From the NCBI RefSeq assembly GCF_006345805.1, contig NW_021832850.1, positions 31,766 through 95,765 of the forward strand: a stretch of DNA of 64,000 nucleotides, read 5' to 3'. Of this stretch, positions 12,643-25,199 are shown piece after piece. The translations under genes were made by a program, and so were the position numbers. This DNA is from Octopus sinensis (lineage: Eukaryota). The notes beneath the pieces are model-generated. The model had not been told where the DNA came from, made no database searches, and saw only the letters and a list, made by a program, of their open reading frames with translations. Position 1 is the stretch's first letter. Each line of letters begins with the position of its first letter.

Positions 12643-13495
12643 GCATAAGGACCCCAAATTAAAGGAAATTCTAAACATACACCAAATCATTAAAAGCCAC
12701 AAACAACCTAAATCACTTAAAAAGATTCTCACAAAGGCAAAATTGTCTTCTGAAATTACGGATGCAAAAGTAAAAAAATGTGGTAGATCGAACTGTGCAA
12801 CATGTCCAAACCTGCTAGAAGGATCAGAATTCCTCTTTAAAGAGGGACAGATATTCAAGATCAAATCTAACTTTACTTGTGCCTCTGAAAACATAATTTA
12901 TGTCATAAAATGCTCGGACTGCACCAAGACTACGTGGGATCCACGGGACTATCACTTAGACGTAGATGCACACTGCATCGACAACAGATTGCATTCCCAG
13001 AATACAGAATGATACCTTTTAGTGAGCGCATTGAGAAATGCGCAAAGCAACTACTACCACAATTTTTAATCTTTCCATTTTACCAATGTGCTATCGGATC
13101 ATCAACACAAATTAGACTAAACAAGGAAACATCTTCATTGAAAAGTACAAGCCCAGACTTAACCATCCCAACATACTGATACAGAGAAATTCACACCAAG
13201 GGAAAGGAAAAAAAATTTAAGCGATTATCTCCCTTACACCGGAAGAAATCACTCATTACCTCCCCTTATTTAGAACTCTTTTGAACATAAACATACCGAT
13301 AACTCTATTCAACATAAACATAACGTCGCAAGAAATTTGAAAAGCTAAACGCGAAACCGGTCTTTCTTCTAAATTATGCCATTATAAGAGAAAAAATTTT
13401 TTTAATATTCTTCAGACATATTGACGCAAATATATATTTTTTAACATTTAAGCCTTCTGTAGTTTTTTCACTTTTTACTATTTTCTATATATTCA
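12643..13495 (+). mobile_element. Penelope-like 3-prime part: GIY-YIG endonuclease remnant plus pseudo-LTR
   Basis: KCGRSNCATC, SENIIYVIKCSDC..YVGSTG..L..RCTLHRQQI peptides with frameshifts; hammerhead-like motif at 13330. Confidence 0.88.
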
Positions 13496-16400
13496 ACCAC
13501 GTGCTTTCACAAACAAACTTTCTTATCTATATATTAAACACGTGAGACCGAAAATGCCACAGAAGACCAACACCTCGGATAAAAATACAAATGAGGACAT
13601 ACTCAAAGAACTGAAAAGTATTAATACACAGCTCATTACCCCGAACAACAAAATCGAGGAATCAAACCTACTCTCCCGGGAAAGTAAAAGCAATGAAGAT
13701 ACAACTCGCTACACTGACCAGGTTAGTAAGGATTTGCAACTGTTATACACAACACTAAATTCAATTTTCATCAACAAATCCGAAAATAATAAACACACAC
13801 CAAATGAAACACAGCAGGACATCATACGCACCCAAATTAACCCAGCAAAAAGAAAAATAGGAAACATTTGGAATACAAACCTGCACAACAGAAAACTCGC
13901 CTTCTGGAACATGATAACAAATTCCAACAAAGCAGATATATACGAGGGATGGATGAACTCAACACCAATTATCCTCCCACGCAAATTCCAGAAAAAATTA
14001 ATTCCTAACGAGCCTGACGGACAGAGAACTATTAGGGAAAAGTCAGCTCTGTTCAATTTAAGATCAGAAATAGAGCTTCTAAGACTAAGGGCCTCCACAA
14101 ATGAGGAAACATTTAAAAGCATTGACGAGGAGATGCACAATATAATACAGAAACATACCGAGGGACAACCCCTCTAAAATACATTAGATCATTAGAAGGA
14201 TACCTGTGAAAAAGAAGAGAGAAATTCTCTCCTGCGCTGGGAGAAAAACATGGATTTCTTCCAAAAATATAGTTCAACTTTCAAAAATGAATTGGGTACA
14301 AATAATCCCTTCCTTAAGAAAATTACAAAACATAAAAAAGAAAAACCAAACAACAGGAAAGGAAAGAAAGGAGTCATGGAGGTGTTGCTATGTACATCCG
14401 GGAGGACGTCACACCCCAGGTCCTCTTGTCATACTCAAACTCGGTGTGTGACACACTAATTGTACATATTAGGCAACTTGATGTAGTTGTGTGTGCTACA
14501 TATCGCCCTCCAGATGCCCCAAGCCATGAGGGCAAGTTTGAAGACTGCCTTATAAAAATAGAAGAAATTCTAACCACATTAGAACAACACATAGGTGTGC
14601 TTCTTATGGGAGACTTCAATCTGGCCAATGTCAGATGGCCCGAGGGCCTTTCTCTCCCAGGAATGACAAGATGTGAACGAGGACAGGCGAGGTCCCTCCT
14701 GAACCTCATCAACACCCTGTACATGGAGCAGGTAATACTCCAACCAACCAGGGCAGGTAACACACTGGATTTCTGCTTCACAAATGACATGGATCTCATC
14801 CATAATGTGAAAGTGACACCGACACTACTCTCGGATCACAACATGATAGAGCTGACCATGTACGGGCCAAAAGAGAGCACGGACATGCAGCCTACAAGAA
14901 ACCCTCAAAATCTTTCCAGCTTGAACTACCATAAAGCAAACTGGAAACAAATTGAGAAAGAGATCCTCAAACAAAACTGGCCTAAATGTCTCTCCTCGCC
15001 AGACATCGACGTGAAACTTCAACAATTCATGTCTGTAATGCAAGCCATATGCTACAAATGTGTCCCAGAGAGAAAGGCCACTGTACACAAGAACAAAATC
15101 CCCAGAGAGAGGAAAATTTTAATGAGACGGCGTACGAAATTTTCAAATCGCCTAAACAAACAGATTGAAAGCAGTGAAAAGTCCCGCCTAAAAATAAAAC
15201 TGTTGGAAATCGAAAAATGTCTGCAACTCTCCCATGAAAAAGAAAGAGCAGACAAAGAAGCCTGGGCTATAGAAAACATAAAATCTAACCCCAGAGCTTT
15301 CTACAGGTATGCCAAAGAAACAGCTACAGTGCACTGTAGAATAGGGCCACTCCTCGAAAAGGATGGCACACTTACAGGAAAACCAATGAGGGTAAGTGAA
15401 ATACTGAATGAGCAATTCAAGAGTGTTTTCACTCCACCCCTTGGGCATCTCCAAATCACCAATCCAACTGACTTTTTTACCACTGCAGATATAAAATCAG
15501 AGGCGGCGACGATAGATTACATCGATATAAAGGAAGACGATGTAACCAAGGCTATAGATGAAATGAAAACAGACTCAGCTACTGGCCCCGATGGATTCCC
15601 GGCAATCCTCCTAAAAGCATGTAAGAGAGCCCTAGCAAGACCACTGCAGTTCCTCTTTCAGAGCTTCCTTGCAGCTGGCAAACTTCCAGGAAAACTGAAG
15701 GAAGCTAAAATATGCCCCATTCATAAAGGAGGTAGCAGAGCGGAAGCCAAGAACTATAGACCTATCTCTCTGACCTCACACATCAGCAAGGTCATGGAAC
15801 GAATAGTCAGAAGGAAGCTGATCACCTTCCTTGAAGAGAATGACTTGCTACCCGACACCCAACATGGTTTCCGACCAGGGAGAAGCTGTTTAACTCAGCT
15901 CCTACAACACTATGACTGGGTGCTGAAACGGCTGCTCAACCGCTCAAATGTGGAAGTGATATATCTCGACTTTGCAAAGGCCTTTGATAAAGTCGATCAT
16001 GGAATGATATGTCACAAACTGCGTGATCTCAACATAGTTGGAAAACTGGGAGAATGGCTTCATGACTTTCTGAAGGATAGAAGTCAGGTGGTAGTAGCCA
16101 ATGGGGCCACCTCCATTAACACACAAATAGTGAACGGTGTTCCGCAGGGCACTGTTCTGGGACCACTACTGTTCATAATGGCCCTCTCAGACATGCCCTC
16201 AGCCACGCAGAGAGCCACGATCACAAGTTATGCAGATGATACAAAAGTTTCACAGGCAATACAGAACCCTGAGGACACTAAACACCTGCAATGTGAGCTG
16301 GACGAAATATACAAGTGGGCTGAAAAGAATAGCATGCAGTTCAATGCTGGAAAGTTTCAAGCTTTATACTATCAGTATGCAAAACTGAATGCAATACCCA

Positions 16401-18496
16401 ATGAATACACTGGACCCGGAGGGATTGCAATCCCAGAGGCACAATCAGTGCGTGACCTGGGTATTCACATGAGTGATGACGCGACCTTTCATGTACATGT
16501 TGCTAAACTGACAATGAAATGTAGACGGCTGGCTGGATGGATTCTTAGAACCTTTAGAACAAGAGAACAAGAAACCATGATGGTCCTCTGGAAGACACTT
16601 GTCCTAAGCCACTTTGACTATTGCTCTCAGCTATGGTCACCATCCAGTGTCAAGTTGATCACAGAACTTGAGGCGATCCAACGAAGCTACACGAAGAAGA
16701 TAGCCTCTATGCAGAATGTAAGCTACTGGGAAAGACTCAAGAGTTTAAAATTATATTCCCTGGAGCGTAGGCGGGAAAGATATGCCATAATATACATCTG
16801 GAAGATCCTGGAGGGAAGTGTCCTGAACTTTGGCATCGAGAGTTACGCAAATGCCAGAACTGGGCGCCACTGCGTGGTGCCTAGGACTCCAAACCTGCCA
16901 TCAAGATGTAGGACAAGATTCTGTGATAGCCTGGGCTTCCGAGGCCCACAGCTCTTCAATATCCTCCCGAAGAACCTGAGAAACCTGCATGGGGTGGATA
17001 CAGATGTCTTTAAAATGAAGCTGGATCTCTTCCTGTCAGGTGTCCCAGATGAACCAACTTCACGGCAGGAGGGGCAGATGAGGGCAGCTGCATCGAACTC
17101 TCTCATGCACCAAATAGCAGTTGCTAGAAAGCCTCCATGAAGTGAAACCAAGTAGCAACACCAAATGGCGGTGCCCCAGCATGGCCACAGCTCATAAGCT
17201 GAAACTAGAATCAATCAATCAATCAATCAATCAATCACCCACGAACAACCCCCAACTATCCTCCACACACTAAAAACAGAAATCACCCACAACCAACCTT
17301 TGCAAACCACGCAAGACCTAACAGGGAACTAGCTGACAGACGACGCGTCTATGAAATAAATTACACCAAAAACAGAACACACCAACAACATCCTAATACC
17401 AGACCCAACCACCATACAGCACAAAACGACACTAGAATAAGAAATACACCACTCACAAGTCGCTACTACCCCATGAACCAAAATTACTGGCCCCACTGAA
17501 CACAAGACAAACGCAAAAAAACACTATGTCAAGCAACATCCCACATACAAGCAGTTCGAAACAAAAATATTTCACATACAGAAATTTTACACACACCACA
17601 AACAAAAACAACCATAGATTCCCACACACACACAACGATCGGGGGCAACAATACCACCATTCCCCCGACCCAATATCACACAACCTCACAGACAACTCAT
17701 ACAAACAAAATTACACCCAACATTTTTTAGCCAGGGACCAGAGACACCAGGACACAGGCTGGAACCTAGTAATAAGGAAAAACCGAAGATAATCAATCTT
17801 TCAACCAAACCTCTTTCTAACATAAAAATTGACATCCTCTCAAAGGGGCTCAAATTTACACCAACTCCACGCAGAGCCAACCTAAATGAAATCAAGGATA
17901 ATATAACAGAATTTTGCAGAAAATTAAGACTAGCAGAAGCATCAACCAGTTTCAATACTGAAGATGAATCACTAGTCAAGAACAAAAGTGAACACATCCC
18001 ACACAGAGGAAGAAATAAAGATCTTGACGAATTCTGTAACCACATTGAGAACTTTCCCTACCATACTATACATAAACAGATAGTTAACTCAAATTTTAAC
18101 ACTACACAATGGAAAGAACTGATAGAACGTCAAAATGATGAGGATATAACCATTAAGGAAGTAGACAAGGGAAATGCAGTTGTAATAATGGATACATCAT
18201 ACTACAGAAATCTTGTAATTTCCTTGCTTGATGACGACCTACATTATGAAAAAATTACCAACTACACCCCACAAAAAATAATGAAAACTCTATCTTCACT
18301 AATTAAAACCCATGAAAAGGAACTAACAACCAAAGAGATTGACTTTCTAACAAACTTTAAATGCAAACCTAGCCTTTTCTATGGTCTGCCAAAAATTCAT
18401 AAAAGTCGAATTATAAATGAAACCATTAAAAAATCACCAAAGACATACATACACACGCCTAACCCGGGTGTAGTTTTTTCACTTTTTACTATTTTC

Positions 18497-18503
<7 letters not shown>
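13496..18503 (+). mobile_element. Penelope-like element body (ORF N-terminus and RT N-terminal part), interrupted by CR1 and deleted from mid-RT to the pLTR end
   Basis: ORF from 13554; after the CR1: IINLSTKPLS...LSKGLKFTPTP...IKEVDKGNAVVIMD...FYGLPKIHK; ends with a 35-bp copy of the pLTR end followed by (TA)n. Confidence 0.88.
14361..17236 (+). mobile_element. Young CR1-group LINE, 5-prime-truncated within the APE domain, nested in a Penelope element
   Basis: Uninterrupted 916-aa ORF 14390-17140: APE (YRPP, GDFN, LDFCF, SDH), RT (QHGFR, DFAKAFD, PQGTVLGP, YADD); (ATCA)n tail. Confidence 0.96.
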
Positions 18504-18532
<29 letters not shown>

Positions 18533-18745
18533 ATATAAGAAGTGTGTGTGTGCTTGAAGTGAGTATGGGCTTCCAGAAATGTTAAGTGACCAATCAGTGT
18601 GTGGCTTCACTAAATTACCTGAGTTGATTGGTGCTTGATTTACGCTTCACAGTTTGTTGAACATGTCAAAAGACTTGTATTTTTACCTTGGCCAAAATAG
18701 TAATTGTTTCGTTATTTTTAGAAATGTTTTATTTTTTCACTCATT

Positions 18746-19146
18746 TCACTGCGGCCATGCTGTAGCACCACCCTTAGTCGAACAAATCGACTCCAGGGCT
18801 TATTCTTTGTAAGCTTAACACTTATTCTACCGCTCTCTTTTGCCGAACCGCTATGTTACGGGGACGTAGACACAACGGCATTGGTTGTCAAGAGATGGTG
18901 GGGTGACAAACATAGACACATACACACAAACACGCATACACACACAAACACACACACACACATACATATATATATACACGACGGGCTTCTTTCAATTTCC
19001 GTCTACTCACAAATCCACTCACAAACATTTAGTCGGCTCGAGGCTATAGTAGAAGACACTTACCCAAGATGCCATATAGTGGGACTGAACCCGGAACTAT
19101 GGGGTTGGTGAGCAAGCTACTTACCACACAGCCACTCCTGCGCCTA
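18746..19146 (-). mobile_element. tRNA-derived SINE (second family); copies also at 46405-46735 (-) and ~32330-32488 (+)
   Basis: Head taggcgcaggagtggctgtgtggtaag...ggttcagtccc with A/B-box-like motifs. Confidence 0.8.
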
Positions 19147-19464
19147 GTACGTCATTTTTTTCTTTAGAATTTTCGCGTAAACTTCTTTTGCAAATGGAGA
19201 CAGTACGGAAACATTAGTCACTTATAATTAAAGATGCGTTACGGAAGTTTTTTTGTTTTCTCCTTTTCATTAGGTTATTTACACTTCGCCAAACCCATAT
19301 GATGGTGTAATCACAGTGAAACTACACCTGAAGTATGCCGGCTTTAGCCTGAATCCTGACAGTGTTGATAGCCCAGCAGTCAGGCCGTGTGCTTCTCTGG
19401 AAATACCACAGCTTCACACCCAACCTTAGCCACTTGACCTATACCTTATATATATCATCATCAT

Positions 19465-19705
19465 CATCATCATCATTTAGCGTCCGTTTTCCATGCTAGC
19501 ATGGGTTGGACGGTTTAACTGGGGTCTGTGAAGCCGGAAGGCTTCATCAGGCCCAGTCAGATTTGGCAGTGTTTCTACGGCTGGATGCCCTTCCTAATGC
19601 CAACCACTCCGTGAGTGTAGTGGGTGCTTTTACGTGCCACCGGCACGGGGGCCAGGCGAGGCTGGCAACGGACACGAGCGGATGGTGCTTTTACGTGCCA
19701 ACGGC
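19465..19705 (-). mobile_element. RTE-tail-type SINE/LINE 3-prime end with (ATG)n tail
   Basis: (cat)n-ttagcgtccgttttccatgctagcatgggttggacgg...ggatgcccttcctaatgccaacc. Confidence 0.6.
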
Positions 19706-21199
19706 ATATATATATATATGTGTGTGTGTGTTGTGTGTGTGTGTGTGTGTGTGTGTTGTGTGTGTATGTACAAGAGTTATAGTATAGAGTAGATACGGTG
19801 CGGGCTGCACATGGACCATAGCGGCAGGAACCTCAGAAGTGGTAAATATCCTAGCGAGGTGTATACCGCTGGCTTTTCTACAGACCAAGGATATCTTGAT
19901 TAAATGAAAGTTTACATTGTCGCAAGGAGGTGCAGGTTAACGCATGGAAGATTCAATAAGAATATGTTTAAAGCACAATAGGAGAAGAGAATATAAATGT
20001 AGAGAGAAATAAGTACTAAAAGAAAAAAGAAATGAAATTATGAGGGAGTGAGAGGAATGAGGAATTTAAGCAAGGTTATTTTATCAGTAGGGCTGTTTTG
20101 GCTGAATCACAATAAATTCTCGGTAGGGTAGTCGTTTGCGAAATGAGATTCATAATTGGAGAACGAAAGAGCACTTCTCTCCTAACGTTGAAGCGATGTT
20201 AATTCCTCCTTTCCACAGTTTAATATTGTTTTCCCAGCCTTGGAAGCTTTTGAAATTTCTGTTTGCATCTGTACGTCAATCGTTTAAAATTCTTCTTCAT
20301 TGCAATTTGTTCTTAGCCGTATTATTTGGGTTTCCTTTCAAAATTTGTCGAGAGCCATCTTTTCTCAAAGTTTTTGTTGTTGATGGAGTTCATTAGCGAT
20401 ATGTTTTATTTGTATGATAGTTTCTTTGGGCGGATGATCGGCTGAGCCATTTTCATTTATTTTTGCTTTGCCATTATTTTTAATGAACTTGCAAAAGGGA
20501 AATTTAATGGCTATGTGTTTTCGATTGCAGAGGTTTCTTGTTGCAGGTGAATGCTATTTTATTGTTCAGTTTTGGGGTTTTGTGTCAGCTTCTAGAGCAT
20601 CACTGTTTCTATATATATGTATATATTTATATGTATGTATTCTTGCATGTATATGCTTATCTATATATGTATATAGAAACTCTTCTAAATCTACTTATAT
20701 TGTCACGAAATTCTTGTTATTCCACGCGGTTAATGACGAAAAGGCAAAGAGAGGTTCCAACATCTACTTGTGGCTACTTCGTCACTTAACTTGGGGGAAA
20801 TTATAATTTTCTAAAGAGTTACACACGCAATCGAATTACAGCTATAGGTTTGGGTAAACACACACACCCATACACACACGCGCGCGCGCACGCAACACAT
20901 ACATATTTGAACATACGCACATTTACATGCACGCACACAGAATTATACGTTGCTGACATATGTCACGGAATCTGTATAGATCCACTTAGAAATAAACTTG
21001 TACATCCGTGTATAGATACATTGAAATGGTATAGAGGGCCCTTAATAAGTAGGTATTTCCGTTCTTCCTCTTAGAGGGAGACAAAAACATAGCTATTGCA
21101 TTGTTTTTCTCTATTCCGGATATGATTATTGAAAATGTTTATAGTTAATCAGAAACTTATCAGATTTGGTTACTCTTTTGGACATAGAAGTTGTGAGAA

Positions 21200-21272
21200 A
21201 TGTCTGCGGTGAATGTAATCGTTTTCTGCTGTGGAATCTTATTGATACTTTCAACCAAACAGATTTCTACGT
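21200..21272 (+). CDS. Host gene exon 1 (coding part): signal peptide MSAVNVIVFCCGILLILSTKQIST
   Basis: ATG at 21200, hydrophobic 24-codon stretch, then +1 nt and a GTATGT donor (phase 1), matching the phase of all downstream exons. Confidence 0.8.
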
Positions 21273-21573
21273 GTATGTTATTATTTTTCTTTTTTCTTTC
21301 TTTCTTTCTTTTTAATTACTGTCTCCATATATGTTGATTACATGATTTAGTGGTAATTAATGTATATCCTAATTATTTGATAATGTAGTTTTGATGTTTC
21401 GTGTTTTCTCTACGGAGCCTATCTATCTCTCTCTCTCTTCTCTCTCTTCCCTTCTCCCCCTCTTCTTATATATATATATATATGCACATATGTATACGCA
21501 TGTACATATATACATAAATCCTTAAATCCTTAAATCCTTAAATTCCATATTTATATAAATTAAAATATGAACG

Positions 21574-21605
<32 letters not shown>

Positions 21606-21808
21606 AACACATACATACAAACGCACATATACGTACATACATGTTGTAACAGACATATATCTGATTTGAAGCAACTATTTCAGCCTATACTTTCAAGTCG
21701 ATAACTGCTTTTGAAGGAAATTAGTAGACACAACATATACTGAAATCCTTCTTGTGTACCTGTGTGTGTATGTATTTGCGCTTATGCGCATATATATACA
21801 CATATATG

Positions 21809-21849
<41 letters not shown>

Positions 21850-21869
21850 ATATATATATGTGTGTGTAT

Positions 21870-22262
21870 ACGCCCTTTAACATCAGTTGGAAATTACTGG
21901 AACCTTGTGAACTCTATTGCAATGGAACAAGACTGTGTAAATTGTGTATGGCAGATATATATATTATTCTCATGAACTCACATGAGCCAGGAGGCTACCT
22001 GAACACCAGCGCGGAAGCCGTGGGGAGTTGTCCACGTTTTCGGAAATTTTTACTTCAAACTTGGAAAACCTAGCTACCAAGCGAAGGAAGACAACTCGCC
22101 CGACCATAATTTTTTAAGAGGAATATTTCTTCAACTATCACCGGCGTTCTTGTGTTTAAAAAACATTCTTTGCAGTGAATGGTTATCGTTTATAAAAACT
22201 GAAGAAATGTCTAGTCCACGCTAGATATTAAACCAATGGGGCTTTTTTTCTAAGCTATTACG
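21870..22262 (+). mobile_element. PLE GIY-YIG C-terminal remnant with downstream pLTR piece
   Basis: ISWKLLEPCELYCNGTRLCKLCMADIYIIL...YLNTSAEAVGSCPRFRKFLLQTWKT resembles the W.IL...C.LC.(E)K..IL...LN..SE....C.H..KFLL PLE terminus; decayed hammerhead downstream. Confidence 0.65.
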
Positions 22263-22324
22263 TTACACATACAAATGTATATGCGTGTGTGCGTGTTTAT
22301 ATACACTCACGCACACAGACACAG

Positions 22325-22385
22325 ATAGATAGATAATTAGATAGATAGATAGATAGATAGATAGATATAGATAGATAGATAGATG

Positions 22386-22461
<76 letters not shown>

Positions 22462-22490
22462 AATAGATAGATAGTTAGATAGACAGATAG
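22325..22490. repeat. (TAGA)n microsatellite (others at 24455-24545 and 34880-34925)
   Basis: Direct reading. Confidence 0.97.
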
Positions 22491-23289
22491 AAGGAGAAAG
22501 AGAGAAGGCGAGAGAGATAGGTATACATACATATATGAATAAATTGTTTCTGTGTGTGTGTATGTGTGTGAGCGTGTGTATTTATCTGTGAACCTGTTTG
22601 TAAGACTATCAGCGTTTTCACCGGCTCAAAAAAATGCGTTTTCTCTGTGTTTATGTCCCCTGTCCTAGCGTTGCCATAACATAATATCGCTACAATATGT
22701 ACATGATTTAAAAAAAGGAAAAACATACAAGAAAATACTAGAGTTTGGTATACATATTTATAAACCCCGTTACAGCGGTGCACCAGTAAGTATAGTTACA
22801 ATTTAGTGAAAATGTAAATACATATGCCTTTGTATATATAACATAATATAATATATATGGATATGTATACACACACTCACATATGTATATATACTAGAAG
22901 GAAAAATGCGAGCAAGAAATAAACAGGGAAATAACATGTAACAAAAACATCTTTAAATGATTATTGGGGAGCATATTCACCATCTACTTCAATTACTGCT
23001 TCCAATTAAAAAATTGCAGCTGAGATAAAATTTGAATGGGTTGCAAATTAAATAAAATATTCAAAGAAGACAAGCTATTCAATACTGATCGACCATCTTT
23101 CAGTCAAGTAGTAGGTCAAAAATAAAAGAAAAAGCTTAAAATGCTACAGCTAAATTTAAAATTCGATTCATGATTCTTTATTTATTATTAAGACAATTTT
23201 ATAAAGATGATCTTTATTTTCTTTTAATATATTTAACTGCATGAAAGTAAAGTAAAATAATTTTGCCGAAAATAAAACCAAGAACATAT

Positions 23290-24290
23290 TTAATTATTTA
23301 AATAGGCTTAAGTTTACTATAGTCAAACATTTAGATTATTTTTCTTACGGCTGCTTCTTAATAGGGACACTACTGCAGCTTTGCAGTTTTTGCACCAACT
23401 TTTGACTGCTTAAAGTAGCGTAACTTTTTTCTATCAAACATCTTTCAACGAGATATTCACCCAAAGATTTTACTCATCGATTTTTTAAAAAAAGTACAAT
23501 TGAAGTACAGTTTTGCTTTTCAAATGATTGAGAAATTACGAATCTAAGTAAATATCAGGCATTACTCTCCCATTTTTGGGCCTACATTTTTTATTATAAC
23601 TTTCTCTCCTCTGAACCAGAATTCGATTATTTTATGTCAAAATGTAGCTTACTACTAGTCCATCATAGTGCAGAAACCGAATTAATATTGAGCTTATCTG
23701 AATTAGGGGCAAAGAAATTGGATTGGCCGCGAGTGAGTAAAGGTTGGAAACAACAAATTATCACTTTTTCTAAACTATCACTTTTTTCCAAATATTTTTT
23801 AAAGAGATTTTCCCCAAAAAAGATTCTACTCATTGAGTTCTCTTAAAAATATATTAAATATAGTTTACTTTTGAAACACCTGACATATTTTGATTTTAGG
23901 CATCACTTACCAAGTTTGTGGCTACTTAAAAGCTGCATGACATTTTTCTATCAAATATCTTTTAAAGAGGTGTCAGCAAAATTCTTTCATCGAATTCTTT
24001 CCAAAAGATATAACTGAAGTGAAGTTTGCTTTACAAATAACCGAGAAGTTGCCAGTCAAATAAAATATCAGGCGTCACTCTCCCATATTTGGCCCTACTG
24101 TTTTATTACAACAGTTTTTCTACTCAACCAAGCTTCGATTTTTTAATGTCAAAATGTAGATTGCCACTGGCTTATCATAATGCAAAAACCGATTTAAGAT
24201 TGAGCTAAAATTGTATTAGGGGTAAAGCGTCAAAATAGCTGCGAATGAGTAAAAGTTGACCTTAAGAATATTCTTCACAAACCGTTTATC
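23290..24290. repeat. Two diverged ~520-bp tandem modules
   Basis: Collinear blocks tttttctatcaaa, aaatatcaggc..actctccc, atgtcaaaatgtag, aaaccga.tta..attgagct, attagggg in both units. Confidence 0.75.
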
Positions 24291-24440
24291 TCTGTTTATT
24301 TTCTTATATTCCTCTCTGTTGAAGAGCGTAGGCTCGAAACGTAAAAGTCGGTTTCATTTTTCCCGAGCGTCAAATTAAATAAACAGCTTGTTGTTCATAC
24401 ACCGGTCTCCGTCTTCTGGTTTTCTATAAATTTCAACTAT
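24290..24440 (+). mobile_element. Short PLE pLTR-type element with hammerhead motif (diverged relative)
   Basis: ctgttgaagagcgtaggctcgaaacgtaaaag core, ttcc.gagcg motif, ends in (TA)n. Confidence 0.7.
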
Positions 24441-24492
24441 ATATATATATATATAGATAGATAGATATAGATAGATAGATAGATAGATAGAT

Positions 24493-24528
<36 letters not shown>

Positions 24529-25076
24529 TAGATAGATAGATAGATCGGATTGTTTCATGTATGTTCCATTATATGTTCACTTGAATACTTTCAGAAACAC
24601 AGATTCATTATAATGTTTGCTTTTTTTAAAATTCACTGTAGTTGATGGTTTTTGCAACGGTATTTTTATAAATAATAAACAGAAGTGGATCCAACACAAT
24701 ACTCTGAGCGACATCACAAATGTTTTTTGCTTGTCTAGAGTAAATTGCATCAATCAGAGTATATAGTCTTATGTTTTTCAGTAAATATTAAATCAACTGA
24801 CACCGGTGTGGGATAAAGTTTCTAGCAGAATGTTATGGCCTACTCTATCGAATGTTTTACTGAAGTCAAGATAAATGACAGCAGCATTGAAACCTCTATC
24901 GCGATATTTAGATTGTCATACATTATCTGATTTCAACAGTCTCTGCAAAAATGAAGGCTATGCTGGTTTTCGTGTATTTATGGACACAGGCGTGGATGTC
25001 ATATATTCATATACTCATATATGTATGTATTCACGTATGTAAATATTCGGTAGATACTCCGAAATTTTGTGTATAC

Positions 25077-25115
<39 letters not shown>

Positions 25116-25199
25116 TAATAGAATATAAGAATAGAATCCCAGTAATGATTTTTATCAGATTTTTATATCACCATGCTATAAAAAATTTACTAAGTTGAA

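Noticed and set aside
19529-19551. CUGAUGA followed by a hairpin on the minus strand
   Set aside because: No GAAA after the stem and no stem I/III; an ordinary hairpin within an RTE-type tail
19900-20800. Possible decayed retroelement ORF on the minus strand
   Set aside because: Composition is suggestive but I found no diagnostic motif
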